DNA of 63,969 bases, the filler included, from Guillardia theta CCMP2712 (lineage: Eukaryota > Protista > Cryptophyta), in the NCBI RefSeq assembly GCF_000315625.1. It is 6 parts of 6 records of this genome, joined end to end, with 100 filler letters (N's around TTAATTAATTAA, not from the genome) between each part and the next. Parts side by side here need not be neighbours in the genome. Positions count along the whole stretch, not along the records: positions 32,526 to 46,419 come from NW_005434627.1; positions 46,520 to 60,733 come from NW_005434348.1; 4 more parts are not named here. One strand, given 5' to 3'. The translations under genes were made by a program, and so were the position numbers. Positions 37,501-55,619 of the stretch are shown here, piece by piece. Numbering within the stretch: position 1 is the stretch's first letter; each line of letters starts with the position of its first letter. A model generated the notes under the pieces. The model worked only from the letters and a program-made list of their open reading frames with translations, ran no database searches and was not told where the DNA came from.

Positions 37501-38125
37501 TATGATAAAGGTCCTATGCTGATATGGCCTTGGCTAAGTCCTTTGTTAGTTTCTTGCTGCCTCAGGGGACAGCTTGCTTTAGCACTGAAGGCTACCTGCG
37601 ATTTCCTTACGTTGTACATCTCCATTAGCCCCAGCTTGTGCTTCTCTTGCTCCCTTTCGTTGGATGATCTCAGTCGTTTATATGCATTACTCCACATGAT
37701 TTCATGATCTGATTCCAATGATACACACAACCATGACAACCCTCGGGAAGCATGTTGCCACATACTTGCACTGCTCCCTCCTACATTCATGATCGCCCCT
37801 TATCATGTTTCCGTCTCCTGACCTCAAGAATTCTACCCTGCAAGTCCCCAGAAGCAGACAGCGGCAGTCAGGCTTCAGGGACAGTCACAGAGGGCATACC
37901 GTCCAGCCTCCTACCAAACATCAAAGTCGTTCATTGGAGGGTGAGTGCCAGCAACTTCACGATCTCCCTCGCTCCAAGTCCTTCTGCTTTGATACCCGTT
38001 GCGATCATGGAGTTAGACTATGTCTTGCCCGTGCTATCACAAGCATACATGTTGTAAGGCATGCAACAACGAGACTGTTGCAATGACAAAGAGGTTGCGT
38101 GATTCTCTCGCAATCGTTCACATAT

Positions 38126-41100
38126 CTAATTTCCCACAACAACTTCAACTTCCTCACAACTCCTCAATCTGTCTTCGCCTTCAAACAGCAGGCACACCAT
38201 GATGTCTCGGTACCCGTCGGGCGCCTCCTCGAGGCTCAGCTTGTTCTTCACCCGGCACACGCGCATGCCGGTCTTGCCTTGCGACGTCAGCCAGCGATAC
38301 ACTTGCGCCATGTGGCTCGGGCGGTTGCAGATGACGCTTGCTCGCACCTGCACGCACTTGAGGGACTGCAATCGAGACCTGTCGTCCTCCTACCGGGTCA
38401 AGAACGCGACGGCTGTAAGGCCAGCCAGCATCCTCCTCCTCCGCCGCCGCGTACTCCATCACCTTCTCAGCCATCCTCGGCTTCTTCTTCACCGCAGCCG
38501 GTACGAACTCGATCGGATGCACTCCGTCATCGAAATGGCAGGCGATCCTGACCCCCTTCGCCCCCTGGCCTGCGGCTCTTCCAGCGGGTCTCTCGACTTC
38601 ACACTCGGCCGCATGCGCCTTGAGGACGTCGACTAGCTTGCTATGGAACGAGTCGTTGAGCAGCACCGCACGGCTGTGGAGTTGCGATATGAAGACATCC
38701 TCTCGTAGCATCAGGCTCCCCGTGCTCAGCCGCCTCCACGTCTCTAGTTTCTTGTGCAGGCTGGACTCCTTCCTGTCTTCCTCCTCCACTCTGATCGCTC
38801 GCACCTGTCATACGGTCATGCCTGTCGGCTACAACCCATCGCCCTGGCAGTACCTGATGGTCATCCTGGTAGAACAAGGCGTCGGCGAAGCCTTGCCCGA
38901 CCTCCTTGAGCTCAGCTCCTCCTGCTTCCTTCATCATGGACTCATATCTTCTGTCGTTGATGCGGGCGAGCTTGTCCATGAGCCGCTGGATGTGCTTCTT
39001 CAAGCGAGGCAGGAGCTGCGGGTTGTCTCGCCAAGCGTTGAGTCGCAGCACACGCCCGGTGAAGTATTCATATGCTCGCTCGAAGTCTCCGCTCAGGTAC
39101 TGGGTGAAAGCTTCATCCTCGTACAAGCTGTGCGTTGTCTCTGCCATCAACACATCTCCAAGGCTCTCTCGAGACTGCAGCATGCGAGCCTTCCACCCCA
39201 CCGACAGCATGTCGCTGCCTTCCTCTTCGCTCCTCGAGCTCGAGGGGCTCAGGATCCGAAGACACACCATGAGGATGAGGCTGTGCAGTCGCTGCATCAT
39301 CTCGGTCATCTCCCCCCCCCCCCTGCTGCGCCTCGAGGTCTAGCGCGTCCGTCTCCGCCTTCATGGACTCCTCGTCTGCTATCATTCCGAACGACCTGCC
39401 CGCAACGACATCTGCTCTGTACTTGACAAAGTCGTAGAAGCGCTCGAAGTCGTTCTTGGCAAAGTCATCGCCCAGCGCAAGCTTGGCCACGGCCTCTACG
39501 CTTCGCTTGTCCATGACGATGACCCTCGACCTCCTGTAGCAGCTGAAGATGGAAGACGACTTCTCGCTCGGCAAGATGTACCCTGCGCTCACGGTGACTC
39601 CCAAGGCTTCTCGGACTCGACTCATCATGTTTGACAAGTCTGTCTCCTCTGCCGTTCTGTTTCTGAGCGACGCCTTGTAAAGCCGGTAGAACGCCGCCGA
39701 GATCGCCAGCAGAAGTACCAGGAAGCCTCCGCTGACTGCCAGCACGATCGTCAGCAGCTTGTCACGACCTTGACCCGACCCGTCACTGGGCGGATTCCAG
39801 CCGCTTCTTCCGCCAGGCCACAGCGGAGTCAGTCCGCTAACGTCGGCGAAGGCCTGGGCGGCCTCCCACGTACCGATGACGACGGACTCTATCACGGACG
39901 CGTTCGCTGAGGACGGCTGGATGTTCTCGATAGTCACGACGATCCCGTTGGGCTCTCGATCTCCCGACGCGTCGAAGGACACCAGTCCCGAGGCCCCGGG
40001 GAACGAGGAGTTTCTGATCGCATGAGCAAGCGCCGCCCCCGTGCCGTTGGTCTTGGCCAGCCCCAGCGCAGTGGCCCACGCGGCATCGTAAGCGAAGGAG
40101 GCATAGTCGGGCAAGGGCATGGAGTACTCCGCGGGCTTCATGCCGATGATGGAGTTGTTCACCTTGGACTGGTCGACCGTCCTGAAAGCGGTCTCAAGGA
40201 GGTCTCGCTTCTTCCCGTACAAAGGAGCGACGCGAATCTGTATCCAGCCCTTGAGAAGCGCCGCCAGCTGCTTGTGCTGCATGGATGCCACCACCGCACT
40301 CGGCACTCCTATCTCCCCCGCCACCCACGCGTGTCCGTCCTGCAAGAGCCCCTCCTTGTTGGAATAGGTCAGCACCAGCTCCAGGTTGGGTACGCCGATG
40401 CCGAGGTAGAGGAAGATCTTGGCGCGGCTCTTCTGCAGGGAGCTCATGGCTGCAGCAATGGACTTGGAGCCTTCTGGCACAAACTTCTGTACTTGAACCA
40501 AGTCGACGCCCTTGGACGAGGCTTGTTCCTGCACATTTGACAGGAAGCCGTTGCCGTAGGTTGTGTCCTCACACAGGACCGCGATCTGCTTCCACTTGAA
40601 CCGGAGGCATACCTCGATGAGCGCCATGGCATTCAGCATGATGAGAGGGTTGGTTCGCGAGAAGAGCGGGTACGTCTGCTTGTCCGAGAGAAGCGTGGAA
40701 GAGGCCCCGAAGCTCGTCACCGGCGTCCCCTGCAGAGCAGACACAAGGCTCACGACCTGCGACCCGTCCGAGGTCATCGGGCCCACTATCGCATCGATGC
40801 TCGACGACTCTCTCCACGCCAAGACTTCCTTGAGCGCCTCTGCTGCGTCGAACTGCGAGTCTTTGAACTTCACGTCGATGCGGAAGCCCTGCCAGCTCAC
40901 GTCACGCCCAGCACCAAGGCCAGCTCGTCGCAGACCTGGGGCAGGCGGTCGACGACGGCTTGGCCGACGATCTGAGGGTCTCGAGTGTTGACGTGATAGA
41001 GCGCGATGAGGCAGGCCATGGAGACCTGCTTGAACGCCAGGAGAGGCACAGACCCGTACGTCTTGACCAGCACCGGCGACAGCACTCCCACTGTGCTGTT

Positions 41101-41175
41101 GAGCGACTGACCAGCGGCCGATGAGGAGGAGAGGATGCAGGCAACGAGGAGGAGGGGTGGGAGCCTGCTGGTCAT
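38126..41175 (-). CDS. Single-pass receptor: signal peptide, Venus-flytrap (ANF receptor/PBP1) domain, TM helix, helical linker, RelA/SpoT-like nucleotidyltransferase domain
   Basis: AIVGPMTS, SFGASSTLLSDKQTYPLFSRT, FKWKQIAVL, YDAAWA, FPGASGLVSFDASGDR; TM LLTIVLAVSGGFLVLLLAISAAF; KKKPRMAEK...DPVRASVIC...RVKNK...GYRDIMV; introns 40935-40889, ~38853-38806 and 38393-38348; frame break at the poly-G tract 39312-39323. Confidence 0.8.
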
Positions 41176-42003
41176 TGCTGGTGGTGCTTCGGTCCTGGCG
41201 GAGCCTGGAGGAGACAAAGGAAGTGATCTTGAAGGTAAGTTGGGATCAATAACAACCTGTGATCAATGCATCATAGCAGTCAGATCCTTTCCTCAACACT
41301 TGAAGAACTCGTTCATGCGCCTTTCCCTCGCTTCTTATCCATTTTCATGAAATCTCTGCAACTCAGCTTGCCTGCCAAGTTTTTCCTTTGTTCGTCTTTT
41401 CTTCTAATCATCAGATGCACTCATACCATGCTTGTTTTGCAACCCCCTCCCTGCTTCCCCCCTCCCCCCTCCCCCGCCCGCTTCCTGATCCCTCCCATCT
41501 TCCCATCCTTCTCTCATTCCTTTCCCCCTCTCCTCTCTCCCTCCTCATCTCTATCTTCCTCTCCCTCCGGCTTGCTTCCTTTGGGGCCTCTCTTGCCTCC
41601 CAGATCTCCCTGCCTCCCATTCTCTTCCTCCCTCCTACTTTTCTCTCTCTCCCTCGAGTCTCAGGACGTGTAGAGATCGTTCTAACTTGCTCCGAAGTGT
41701 CAAACTAAGTTTCGGTCTTCTCTCACTAAGAATACAACTTGTCATGAGGAAGAAGAGGCTGCGGGTGCCATAAGTAATTAGGATGCCGCGTTATTTAACA
41801 AAAGACGCACGAGCCGGTCACAACAGCATGCCCAGCCTGCAGGACTCCCTGCGCCCGGGGGGTCTGCTGGCCTCTCGCAACGTCTACGTCTCCGCCTCCG
41901 GACTCTTCCTCCTCTCCCTCTACGTCGCCGCCCTCCGCCACGTCAACCCCGGCGCCCACACGTAGGCTATAGCAAAGATTCATTCATAAACCCACCAATT
42001 CCC

Positions 42004-42811
42004 TCACGCGGCCACGAAGGTGAGAGCGGGCTGGATCGCGGAGTACACGAGGGTGAAGTTGGAGGACTGGATGGGGAGGAGGTCGAAGTAGCCCGCGCTG
42101 TTGAGGTTGTTCATGCCGGCGTTTCCGCACTGCATTAGTTCCTGCTGGAGGCCTTGAGCGTGCAGTAGGACGTGTTGTAGGGCTGGGTGACGAGGTAGAG
42201 GATCACCACGCTGAGGATGAAGATGTTCACGAGCAGCAGGGCCACGTTGTAGTAGATGACGAACTTGTGCTCGGTCCTCATCACGTAGTTGCCCAGTGCG
42301 AGGAGCGGGATGCTGAGGATGAAGCAGAGGAAGGCAGACCAGGCCGGCGTGCTGCTGATCGGGTTGCTCCACAGCGAGCTCAGCAGCTGCGTGTCGTAGA
42401 CGAGGATGTTCGCGTAGAGGATGAGCACGGCGGAGAGCATTAGGATGGTGTCGTTCCCGGACATCAGGCCGAAGCGCCGGGCTCTTCAGGCCCGTCTGGA
42501 ACCCGGGCCCTCCTCGTCCCACCTCGCCGCCCGTCCTGCCCGAAGCGGCCACTGGCCATGACCAAGTCGGCCCGGACCTGCGCCTGCTGCATGACTCCTG
42601 CGTAGTGGAAGCTGATTGGGTTGATCTTGCGGTAGTTGAGGAGCCGCATGATGATGCCCATCACTGAGCCGGCCAGCACCGTGCCGCAGCGCACCCAGGA
42701 GGCCTGGAAGGTAGTGACTCCACCGCATGGTTCCGAGTTCAGCGCGATGGCGTAGAGGCTGATCACGAGGGTAGGCAGCAGGAAGACCTGCGAGGACAGC
42801 AGCACGGTCAC
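42004..42811 (-). pseudogene. Frameshifted, 5'-truncated multi-TM membrane protein gene
   Basis: Hydrophobic helices in ORFs 42464-42811 and 42135-42464; the coding-like tail continues in a third frame (LQQELMQCGNAG...AA*); strong GC3 bias. Confidence 0.5.
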
Positions 42812-43657
42812 CGGGTAGTGGTGGCGACAAGGGAGGCTACGGTCAGTACTACTGTAGTCCTCGTCAAGCAGGGGAACAAGGCCCGGGCTGCAACTTCAAG
42901 ATGCCGTACTGAGGTCGGCACGCCGGAAAGACAGCCTACCGGGTGAGCCTGATGAGGCTGGGGTGGGGTGGGGTCCTTGAGTTGAACTGCTACGGTAGTA
43001 GTACCAGCTTTGAATTTCGTGCCACCCCTGGTTGTCTCTCGGGCCCCATGGTCGCCTGGGAAAGTACTGGGTGGGTGGTGTTCCATCCGCTGTTCATTTT
43101 GGCACAACATACCAAATTTACCTACAATATTTCAAAGTTTAATTCACATTTTTCAAAAATTTGAATTCGGTGGTTCGGAAGGGCACTACCTTTCCGGCGG
43201 GAGTGTGAGGTGCTATGGCAGCCGCTGCAGCATGACGAAAGCCTGGCATGGCGATGATTGATGACGATGACGAAGATGATGATAACGATAATGACAAGTG
43301 AAAATCATAGTGGATGTGGGCAGTATAGAGAGAGGGTAGATGATGCTGGCAAGGGTGAAGGAGGAGACAGAATTAATATGATGGAAAAGAAGACCATGTA
43401 AGATTCTTTTGATCAGATAGCAAGTTGGCAGAATTCAGAACATCTGGCGCCTCTACAGTTTACGAAGAGCGAATTGTAAATGCCTTTTTTAGGTTGTATC
43501 TTCCATCAACATAAAATGCACAAGAGCTATTTTTCAAACTGAGTTCAAGAGTGATTTTGACCTCTCTTGTTGCTTAGATTGCAGATCATGCCAATAGGAA
43601 GAGACTTCATCAAGCCGCGAGGGGCCTCGGAGGGTGCCGTGAACAAGGTAAGGTCGG

Positions 43658-44861
43658 GTGAAATACTCCCCACCATGGGTTTGGTTGTATCTCATTCGTG
43701 TTGGTAAGGTCTTCCTGTTTGGTTTAATTGACTTCATCATATGCGCCATCGCAACCGGTTTCGGGATGACGAGCTTCATATTTGCTCTTCAAGCAAATGT
43801 ATGTAATAGCCCAGGACCGACAAATCCCAGCACGACAAAGTATCCAGCGGATTCCATCCTTTTGCCACACAACCACATATTGGATACTATCCTTCACCAT
43901 ATTTGAACGACAACCCGTACAATTGTATCGAGGAATGCAAATTTCAGTGCACCAACTATGCGAATCAATTGTATTTGCTGTCAGTCTGCAAGGACTGCCT
44001 TTCAAACTGCACTCATCCATGGGGCGATAACATCGACAAATGTGATACGCTGCCTCAGTGCACGGCTACTATTGCGGGAACAGCAAATCAATGCCTTGAT
44101 GTGGCAAAGTGCTTCAAAACCTGTGCCGGCACCACTGCTTCAGGTGTCGGATTCAAAGGATGTTTGTTTGCATGCCGCGACACCGGCAAGATTGCGATGT
44201 GGTCCGGGCTTACTTCTTTCATCTTGTTTTTCCTTGCACCGTTCATTGTTGTCATACCTCTGGTATTCGCCAAAGTGACAGGACAAAATGAAGTCAAGAA
44301 CATGTTTTTCCTTTTCATGTGCTTTTTTATGTGGTGCGGAAGTGCAGTTATTGGAATCGACATTTTCATTCTCCAATTCTCTGGTAGCCACATTTGAATG
44401 GACTGCCTTACGATCCTGACTTGATCTCCAGGTTACAATAAACAGATTGGGATGCACTTCATGTACGTCAAAGATCAAGTTGACAGGGTATAATTTCCAA
44501 ACGTAAGATATTTGGTTGATTTCAACATGATTTAAACAGGCGTTTGGTCTTTATCAAGCCAATTTGACACCCAACTTTCTCATTGGAGTTTTGCTATGCA
44601 CCGAAGTCCTCGCGAATCTCTTCTTGGTTTTGTCATTCTATGATTTTTGGGTAGGAGTTGTCCAGATATCGTTACAGCACCTCTGATCCGAGATCTTTTG
44701 CGGTACAGGAAGTCTGGTACAGGACCCACGACCCGAGAACCTCACACTTGCCCAAGAATCCTGAGCCGGCGCCAAGCCCTCCGCCCGTTGAACAGCCAAA
44801 GGTGATTCCACGCAAAGGCGAGCGGTTGGATGAGGCTGAGACTGTGCTTGCAGCCAGTTAA
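43658..44861 (+). CDS. Multi-pass membrane protein with a large Cys-rich extracellular loop (claudin-like topology)
   Basis: TM1 VFLFGLIDFIICAIATGF; CxxxC repeats; TM2 and TM3 in 44190-44380; a further TM near 44580-44650; exon joins uncertain. Confidence 0.5.
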
Positions 44862-46655
44862 AATGCCAGAGCAACCCAAAGGACCTCCTACAAAGGTCGA
44901 GCAAGCGATCTAAAGGATGCCTGTGGTTTCATTGACTGAGGAATGCAGCATCCAGAAGTGACTGTCGGGCTGCAGTTCGAGATGAAAGTGAACAGGTTCA
45001 AAAACTCAGACGGTCAAGAACAGATCGTACAAGAGGTGCAAGTGAATACTATTGTCCCAGGGGGTGCTGCCGACAAGGTCAGTGTGACTTAGCACTTGAA
45101 ATCTGTAGAGAGCTCCTGACAATCTTGTGATCGACTTCAGGCAGTGCAAGCGAATGGGAGAAGAGTTGCCAAGGGAGATGTAGTTCTCAAGGTCGGAGAT
45201 ATCAAAGAGGATGGAACGGCTGACTTGCAAGGTAGGCATTTTCGCAGTTGCTGAACTCAACCAATCATTTTATTTCAGATGTTTATGGGAAACCGATAGT
45301 CGGGTCAGACGGTTGGGTGCACATTGTCCAAGGGAAACCAGTAAGCTAGAATCATGATCGTTCTCTCGTGCAGGGGCAGGTTAACTCCATTCACTCTTGT
45401 GCTTCAGGCTGGAACGAGGATCCGATTCCTGTTTGCAAGGCATGAAGAAAAGTTGCAGGTGACGAAAATCTTCAATTTCTACATGATGTTAAGATTTGCT
45501 GTGTTGGGTTCAGTTTCAATACGACATTGTTCGTGAGCTTGTGCCAAATTTCATGAAGCAATATGGCGTGGACGGTCCCCCTCCATTGCCTCCTGATTAT
45601 GAATAGACTGAGTACCTGTCTTGTCATTTGAATAGAAATTAGAGGATCAAACGTAGGATTGCGTTCATTTGTACAATGCATTTCGCAACGAAAATCAGTA
45701 TTACTACAAGAGGCTATATGAAAAGGTGAGGAAGAGCAGCAACCTACCACTGTTGGTTTGCTATGAAAAACAGTCATGCTTGCTAGACGTCAACAACGAT
45801 GCATAACACAGGTCTCATCTGTACGATCCTCAAGAGCCCAAGGAAGACCCGGACATGCAAGTCTTTACAAGAACAGAGAGTCGCTGTTTCCTCTACAAGA
45901 GCAAAGACACATCTCGTTTCGTCTCCGTTCTCATTGTCATCGTCGTCATTTTAAGCGGGCGCAGGGACCAGGTTCATTTTTAGTAAATTCACTCTCGATG
46001 TCCACGCATCACTCATGACCCTACCCACCCTGTGGCCATACTTGACCCCCGAAAATCCTGTCTACCACCCACCCCAAACCTCCTTAACATTCCCCGTGAA
46101 TCTGAAATACCCCACCTGACTCTCCATCAGCGCTGATGCGCAGATGCGATGAGTCGTAGAAGTCCTAGAGGAAGGAGGAAGGCGGGGAGGTGCCAAGGCA
46201 GCAGAGGACAAGAGAGAGAGAAGAAGAGGAAAGAAGAAGAAAACAAAGAGGAATGAACAGGGAGAGATGAAACGGGGGGCGAAGGGGCGAAGGAGGGAGG
46301 GGAAGGACACAGGGTTGGCAGTTATGAATGGGAGGGGATGGGTGGGCAGGGAAGATAGGGGCAAGTACAAGTCAAGCATATTGAGAGAGAGAAGGGGGGG
46401 GAGGGGAGAGAGAGATGGANNNNNNNNNNNNNNNNNNNNNNNNNNNNNNNNNNNNNNNNNNNNTTAATTAATTAANNNNNNNNNNNNNNNNNNNNNNNNN
46501 NNNNNNNNNNNNNNNNNNNCAGCACCAGCACCAGCACCAGCACCAGCTCCAGCTCCAGCTCCAGCACCAGCACCAGCACCAGCACCAGCACCAGCACCAG
46601 CACCAGCACCAGCACCAGGGAAGAGCAGCAGGGGAGGAGGCAGGAGCAGGAGCAA

Positions 46656-46688
<33 letters not shown>

Positions 46689-46689
46689 T

Positions 46690-46756
<67 letters not shown>

Positions 46757-46771
46757 AGTGCAGGTCATTCA

Positions 46772-51712
<4,941 letters not shown>

Positions 51713-52265
51713 GAACAGCGACAAGGACCCCACAACTTTGAAACTTTTCGGATTCTCAACTTTCACTCAAAGTTCCACCCGGCCCTCGATAGAGTCACGG
51801 GGCCGGGCCCGGGCCCGGGCCCGGCCTCACCGTGGCACTGCTCACTGCCGGGGCCTCAGACTCGGAGGAGGCTGGATCCGAGTAACAGTAGTAACTGTCT
51901 TCTTTACTCAAAGTTAAGTTGAAAAAGAGACTTTTCTCTTATCGCCCTACCGTGGCAGTCACCCGAGACCCACTGGGCGGCCACCGTCACTGCGGCCCGT
52001 AGGCTCAGTCCGGGTTCTTTCTTAGATCCGTGGTACGTACTTTACTTGAACTAAAACACTTAATGGCAACTTAGGCAAAACTGGTCAACGTCTAGTACTT
52101 CAACCGTCAAAGTCGGTAGTAGTCGACCACACGCACTCTTTGAACGCAGAACATGATCACAACTGCTGCTCCTACTAGTCCTCAGCAAATCTCTTTATTG
52201 TGGGATACCAAGAGCGGCCTGATAGCCCCAAGGGACGAACTTTTTCCTGCTCATGCGACAGCTCA

Positions 52266-54896
52266 TGTCAGGCAGAGGTGTGATGTACACTCGTCACGAC
52301 GTACCACGACTCGTCGAAGACGTAGCAGAAAGCATCTTGAGCCTGCAGAAGAGAGGGAGAAGGAGTGGGAGAAGGGGGGGGGGGGGGGGGGGGAGAAAAA
52401 AAACTCAAAAACCCCCCCCCCATCCCGTCAGGGGGGGGTACCGGGGCCAACCCAGTAGGTCCCCCAACAATCTCACACATCCAAACTTGGTTTTGGTGGG
52501 TCATTTTGGCTCCAAAACCCCCTGGGACAAAAAGACCCATCACCCCTACGGACCGAGGCAGCTCGCTCCTGTTCTCACTGACCTGTGAAGAAGCTCCCCG
52601 GAGCTTGCATGGCAAGGTCCTTCCAAGTTGTGGTGATGGCACACTGCGAGATGGCATAGGGCGTCACCGTTGAAGACAGGACAGGACAGAAGCTAAGCAG
52701 AGGGCAGGGGAAGTGAGAAGTAGGAAGAATACGAGGAGAGGAGAGGAGAGATTAGGAAAGAGGACAGGACAGGACAGGACAGGACAGGACAGGACAGGAC
52801 AGGAGAATTTCATCCCTTTCCGCCAGTTTCACTTACGTCATGGCGGTAGCTTGCAGGTAGCAAGTAAACCAAGAGAGGACGGTAGGGGTCAATCTTGAGT
52901 CCCCAATCCATTGCCCATCCTCGATGGCTGCCTCCCTGCTCGCAAGCGTTCAATACACCAGCCCTCTCCTCTCCCTCCTCCTCCTCCTCCTCCTCCTACC
53001 TGAATGATGGCAAACTCATTAAAGACATTACCCTTGGTAAGCTCTGCCATCAGAAGATTGTGCTGAAAGATTGTCAGAACGGAGAGAGGAAGAGAAAAAT
53101 TGAATGAAACTCACATGTTGCTGGGAAAGCACATCCAGTGCAATCTCTCCAAAGAGAAAAGGGCTAAACTGCCCAATAGGCGAAACATGCATCTAATACA
53201 GGCACAACAGCATCAGCCACGACTTGGAGATTCATCGAAATGGTACATGCTGGAATGTAGCTGGAAAGCTTGTGACAAAGTCCCACTTCGCCTTCAAACA
53301 AGAGTCAAAGGACGATCAAACTATTGAGCAACAACTGAGTTTTGGCATACCATGTCCATGGATGAGTCCATCATATTGAACTTAGCAGGATCAGCATTCT
53401 CCAACATCAACTTGAGATGGAAATGCTCGAAAGGTTGACCTACGAGTCAGATATTATCCCTACTACCTCGTCCTCAACTCAAGTTTTGCTCACATTTTGG
53501 GAGTCCCTGGAGGCTGGGCAGACCGCAGCTCAACGATCTGTTCTCCATCATGAGACGTAGTCCAGGGGGAAGAATGTCTGCCATGAAGCCAACGCAGCAG
53601 CCGCTGCTCGTCATCATGCTCAATGCCGTCTTGCATATTCAAAGTCAGATTAAAACTCCTAGGTTGTAGACAAACCTTGCATTCATTGGTGCAATTTCCA
53701 CCATCCATGTAATCCATGTAGTTGTAAGAGGAGGTGTCAAATGGATCTGGAGGAAACCCGCAAGCTGCCGCTATGTCTGAAACCATGTGCCCTCCATTCA
53801 AAAAGGTCTCAATGCAATATTTGGAGTTCTCATCTGCAGATAATACGAATCAACACGATGTGCTATGAGATTGAGTGAGGATTGTTACCCATGAAGCAAC
53901 CATCGTTTGCGACCATCTTCATGAGCGGGCTCGAAGATTCTTGCGGGTCATATGTAATGAATTGCATCATCTGGCATGGCATCAGTAAAAAAGTAAAGCA
54001 CGCGAACAAGTTTCAAGGTATTTGAAGGAGCAAGACTCAAATAACATCTGACTGACCTTCATGCCACAGGACGAGCAAAGCAGCTGAGTCCTAGAATACA
54101 TCGTCTCTGTCGAGTCCTCTGACAATGCGGAGCCAATCTGATGGAGAGTGCAGGTGTGGCACAGATCGAACATGTTTGAGAGAACTTGTCCCTCCGCAGA
54201 TCCAGACATGAAGTCAATCTCGTGATACAGGTTGTGATACACTCTTGAAAAGCAGGAATCACAAACGTCCTGCACACGTTCTTGTCAGACACCAGCCCAT
54301 CAAAGTTGTCTTGAGTAGCACCTGTGTACTTGTATTCGACATTGGAGCCGACACGTTGCCGAACACTTGGTCCAGACATCCATTGAAGGTCGTGTCGGTG
54401 CACATGGAGTTTACAAACCTGAGTTTGTTACAGTCCATAAGTTTCAAGTTTGTCATCTGATCCTGAGAGAGTCCCTGGATCTCGCTGATGAGCGGCTGCA
54501 TGCAAGCGCACAACGCATTCCGCTGAGCAGGGTTCGCCGGATCGAGCTCCATCAGGCTGCAGTTTGCAAAGAGGCTGTCAGCCATCATCATGTAGCTGTT
54601 TTGTGCCGGATTGCATGGATCATTGTATATGTTTCGCAGCTTTGCATTGCTGTTTCCCTGAGGCTTCAATGCACGAATCTCATTCTTGGAACTGCTTCCA
54701 AGCAGCTGCTTTATTCCCTTCTCCAACAAGTCGACGACACGGGCATATTGTCTCTGAGTGTTCAGAGGTTGCAAAGTGAAGGATGAGGACACCTTTTTTG
54801 CTCTTCCGGTTGCTTTGAAGCCGTGGAAGCTAGAGCTTCAACGGCGAGCAGAGTCAGGAGCAGGAGACCAGAAAGCCTAAAGCTGCTTGCGTACAT
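52266..54896 (-). CDS. Secreted Cys-rich hypothetical protein, multi-exon
   Basis: Signal peptide MYASSFRLSGLLLLTLLAVEALA (needs +1 A in the A6 run at 54794-54799 to join ORF 54259-54792); Cys-rich exons down to ~52270. Confidence 0.5.
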
Positions 54897-55619
54897 CGGT
54901 ACGGTAGGGATTCCCCTGCGTTCTCGGACAGTATAGAAGTGTGTAGATATTCAGGACAGAGGATCTCGTCTGGTTCTGGAAAGGAGGAGGACGGAGGGGC
55001 CCGGGGAAGGAGGAAGGGATGTGGAGTTGGGAGGGGGGGGGGGGAGCGGCGGAGGGAAGGGGCGCGAGGGACACGGAAGCGGGGGAGAGATCTGGACAAA
55101 GGGTGCAGTATGTGTACCCTACCCCATACATGTAGCTTACTGTACCCTACCCTGCTGAACATTGCTCTTGAGCAGAGGGACAGCCCGGTACTTTAAGTAC
55201 TTTTGAGAACCCCTACCCCTCATATATCTGTTTTCAATGGAATCGCACCCACCCCTGGTAAAAAAAATGGTAATTTGAACCCACGTAAATGACTAGAACT
55301 GTACCGGTAGATTCAACAAAAAAATGACCCCCACCCCATCTTGAGTACATGATGAGACCACCAATCTGATTCCCTTCGTGGCTGCCAGGCGCGGTTGGGA
55401 GATAGACCTATCTAAAAAAAGTCAATCAAAACATTTATAAAGACTAGTACAAGTAAAGGGGGAAATTTTGGTACCGCTGACCAGATACGCAGTACCAGGA
55501 AACTCTATGGTACAACTTAGTACTGAGATTCTTCGTACAAGGGGTCGCTTCTACTACGATGATGACAGAGCTTTACCAATTAAAAATAGTTTTTGACATC
55601 GGTTGGATGAGGAGAGTTT

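Noticed and set aside
45006-46150. Short AT-rich ORFs
   Set aside because: No motif or consistent exon chain could be identified
54794-54799. Programmed frameshift in the Cys-rich gene
   Set aside because: One missing base in an A6 run is most simply a homopolymer sequencing error; this also tempers the other frameshift claims
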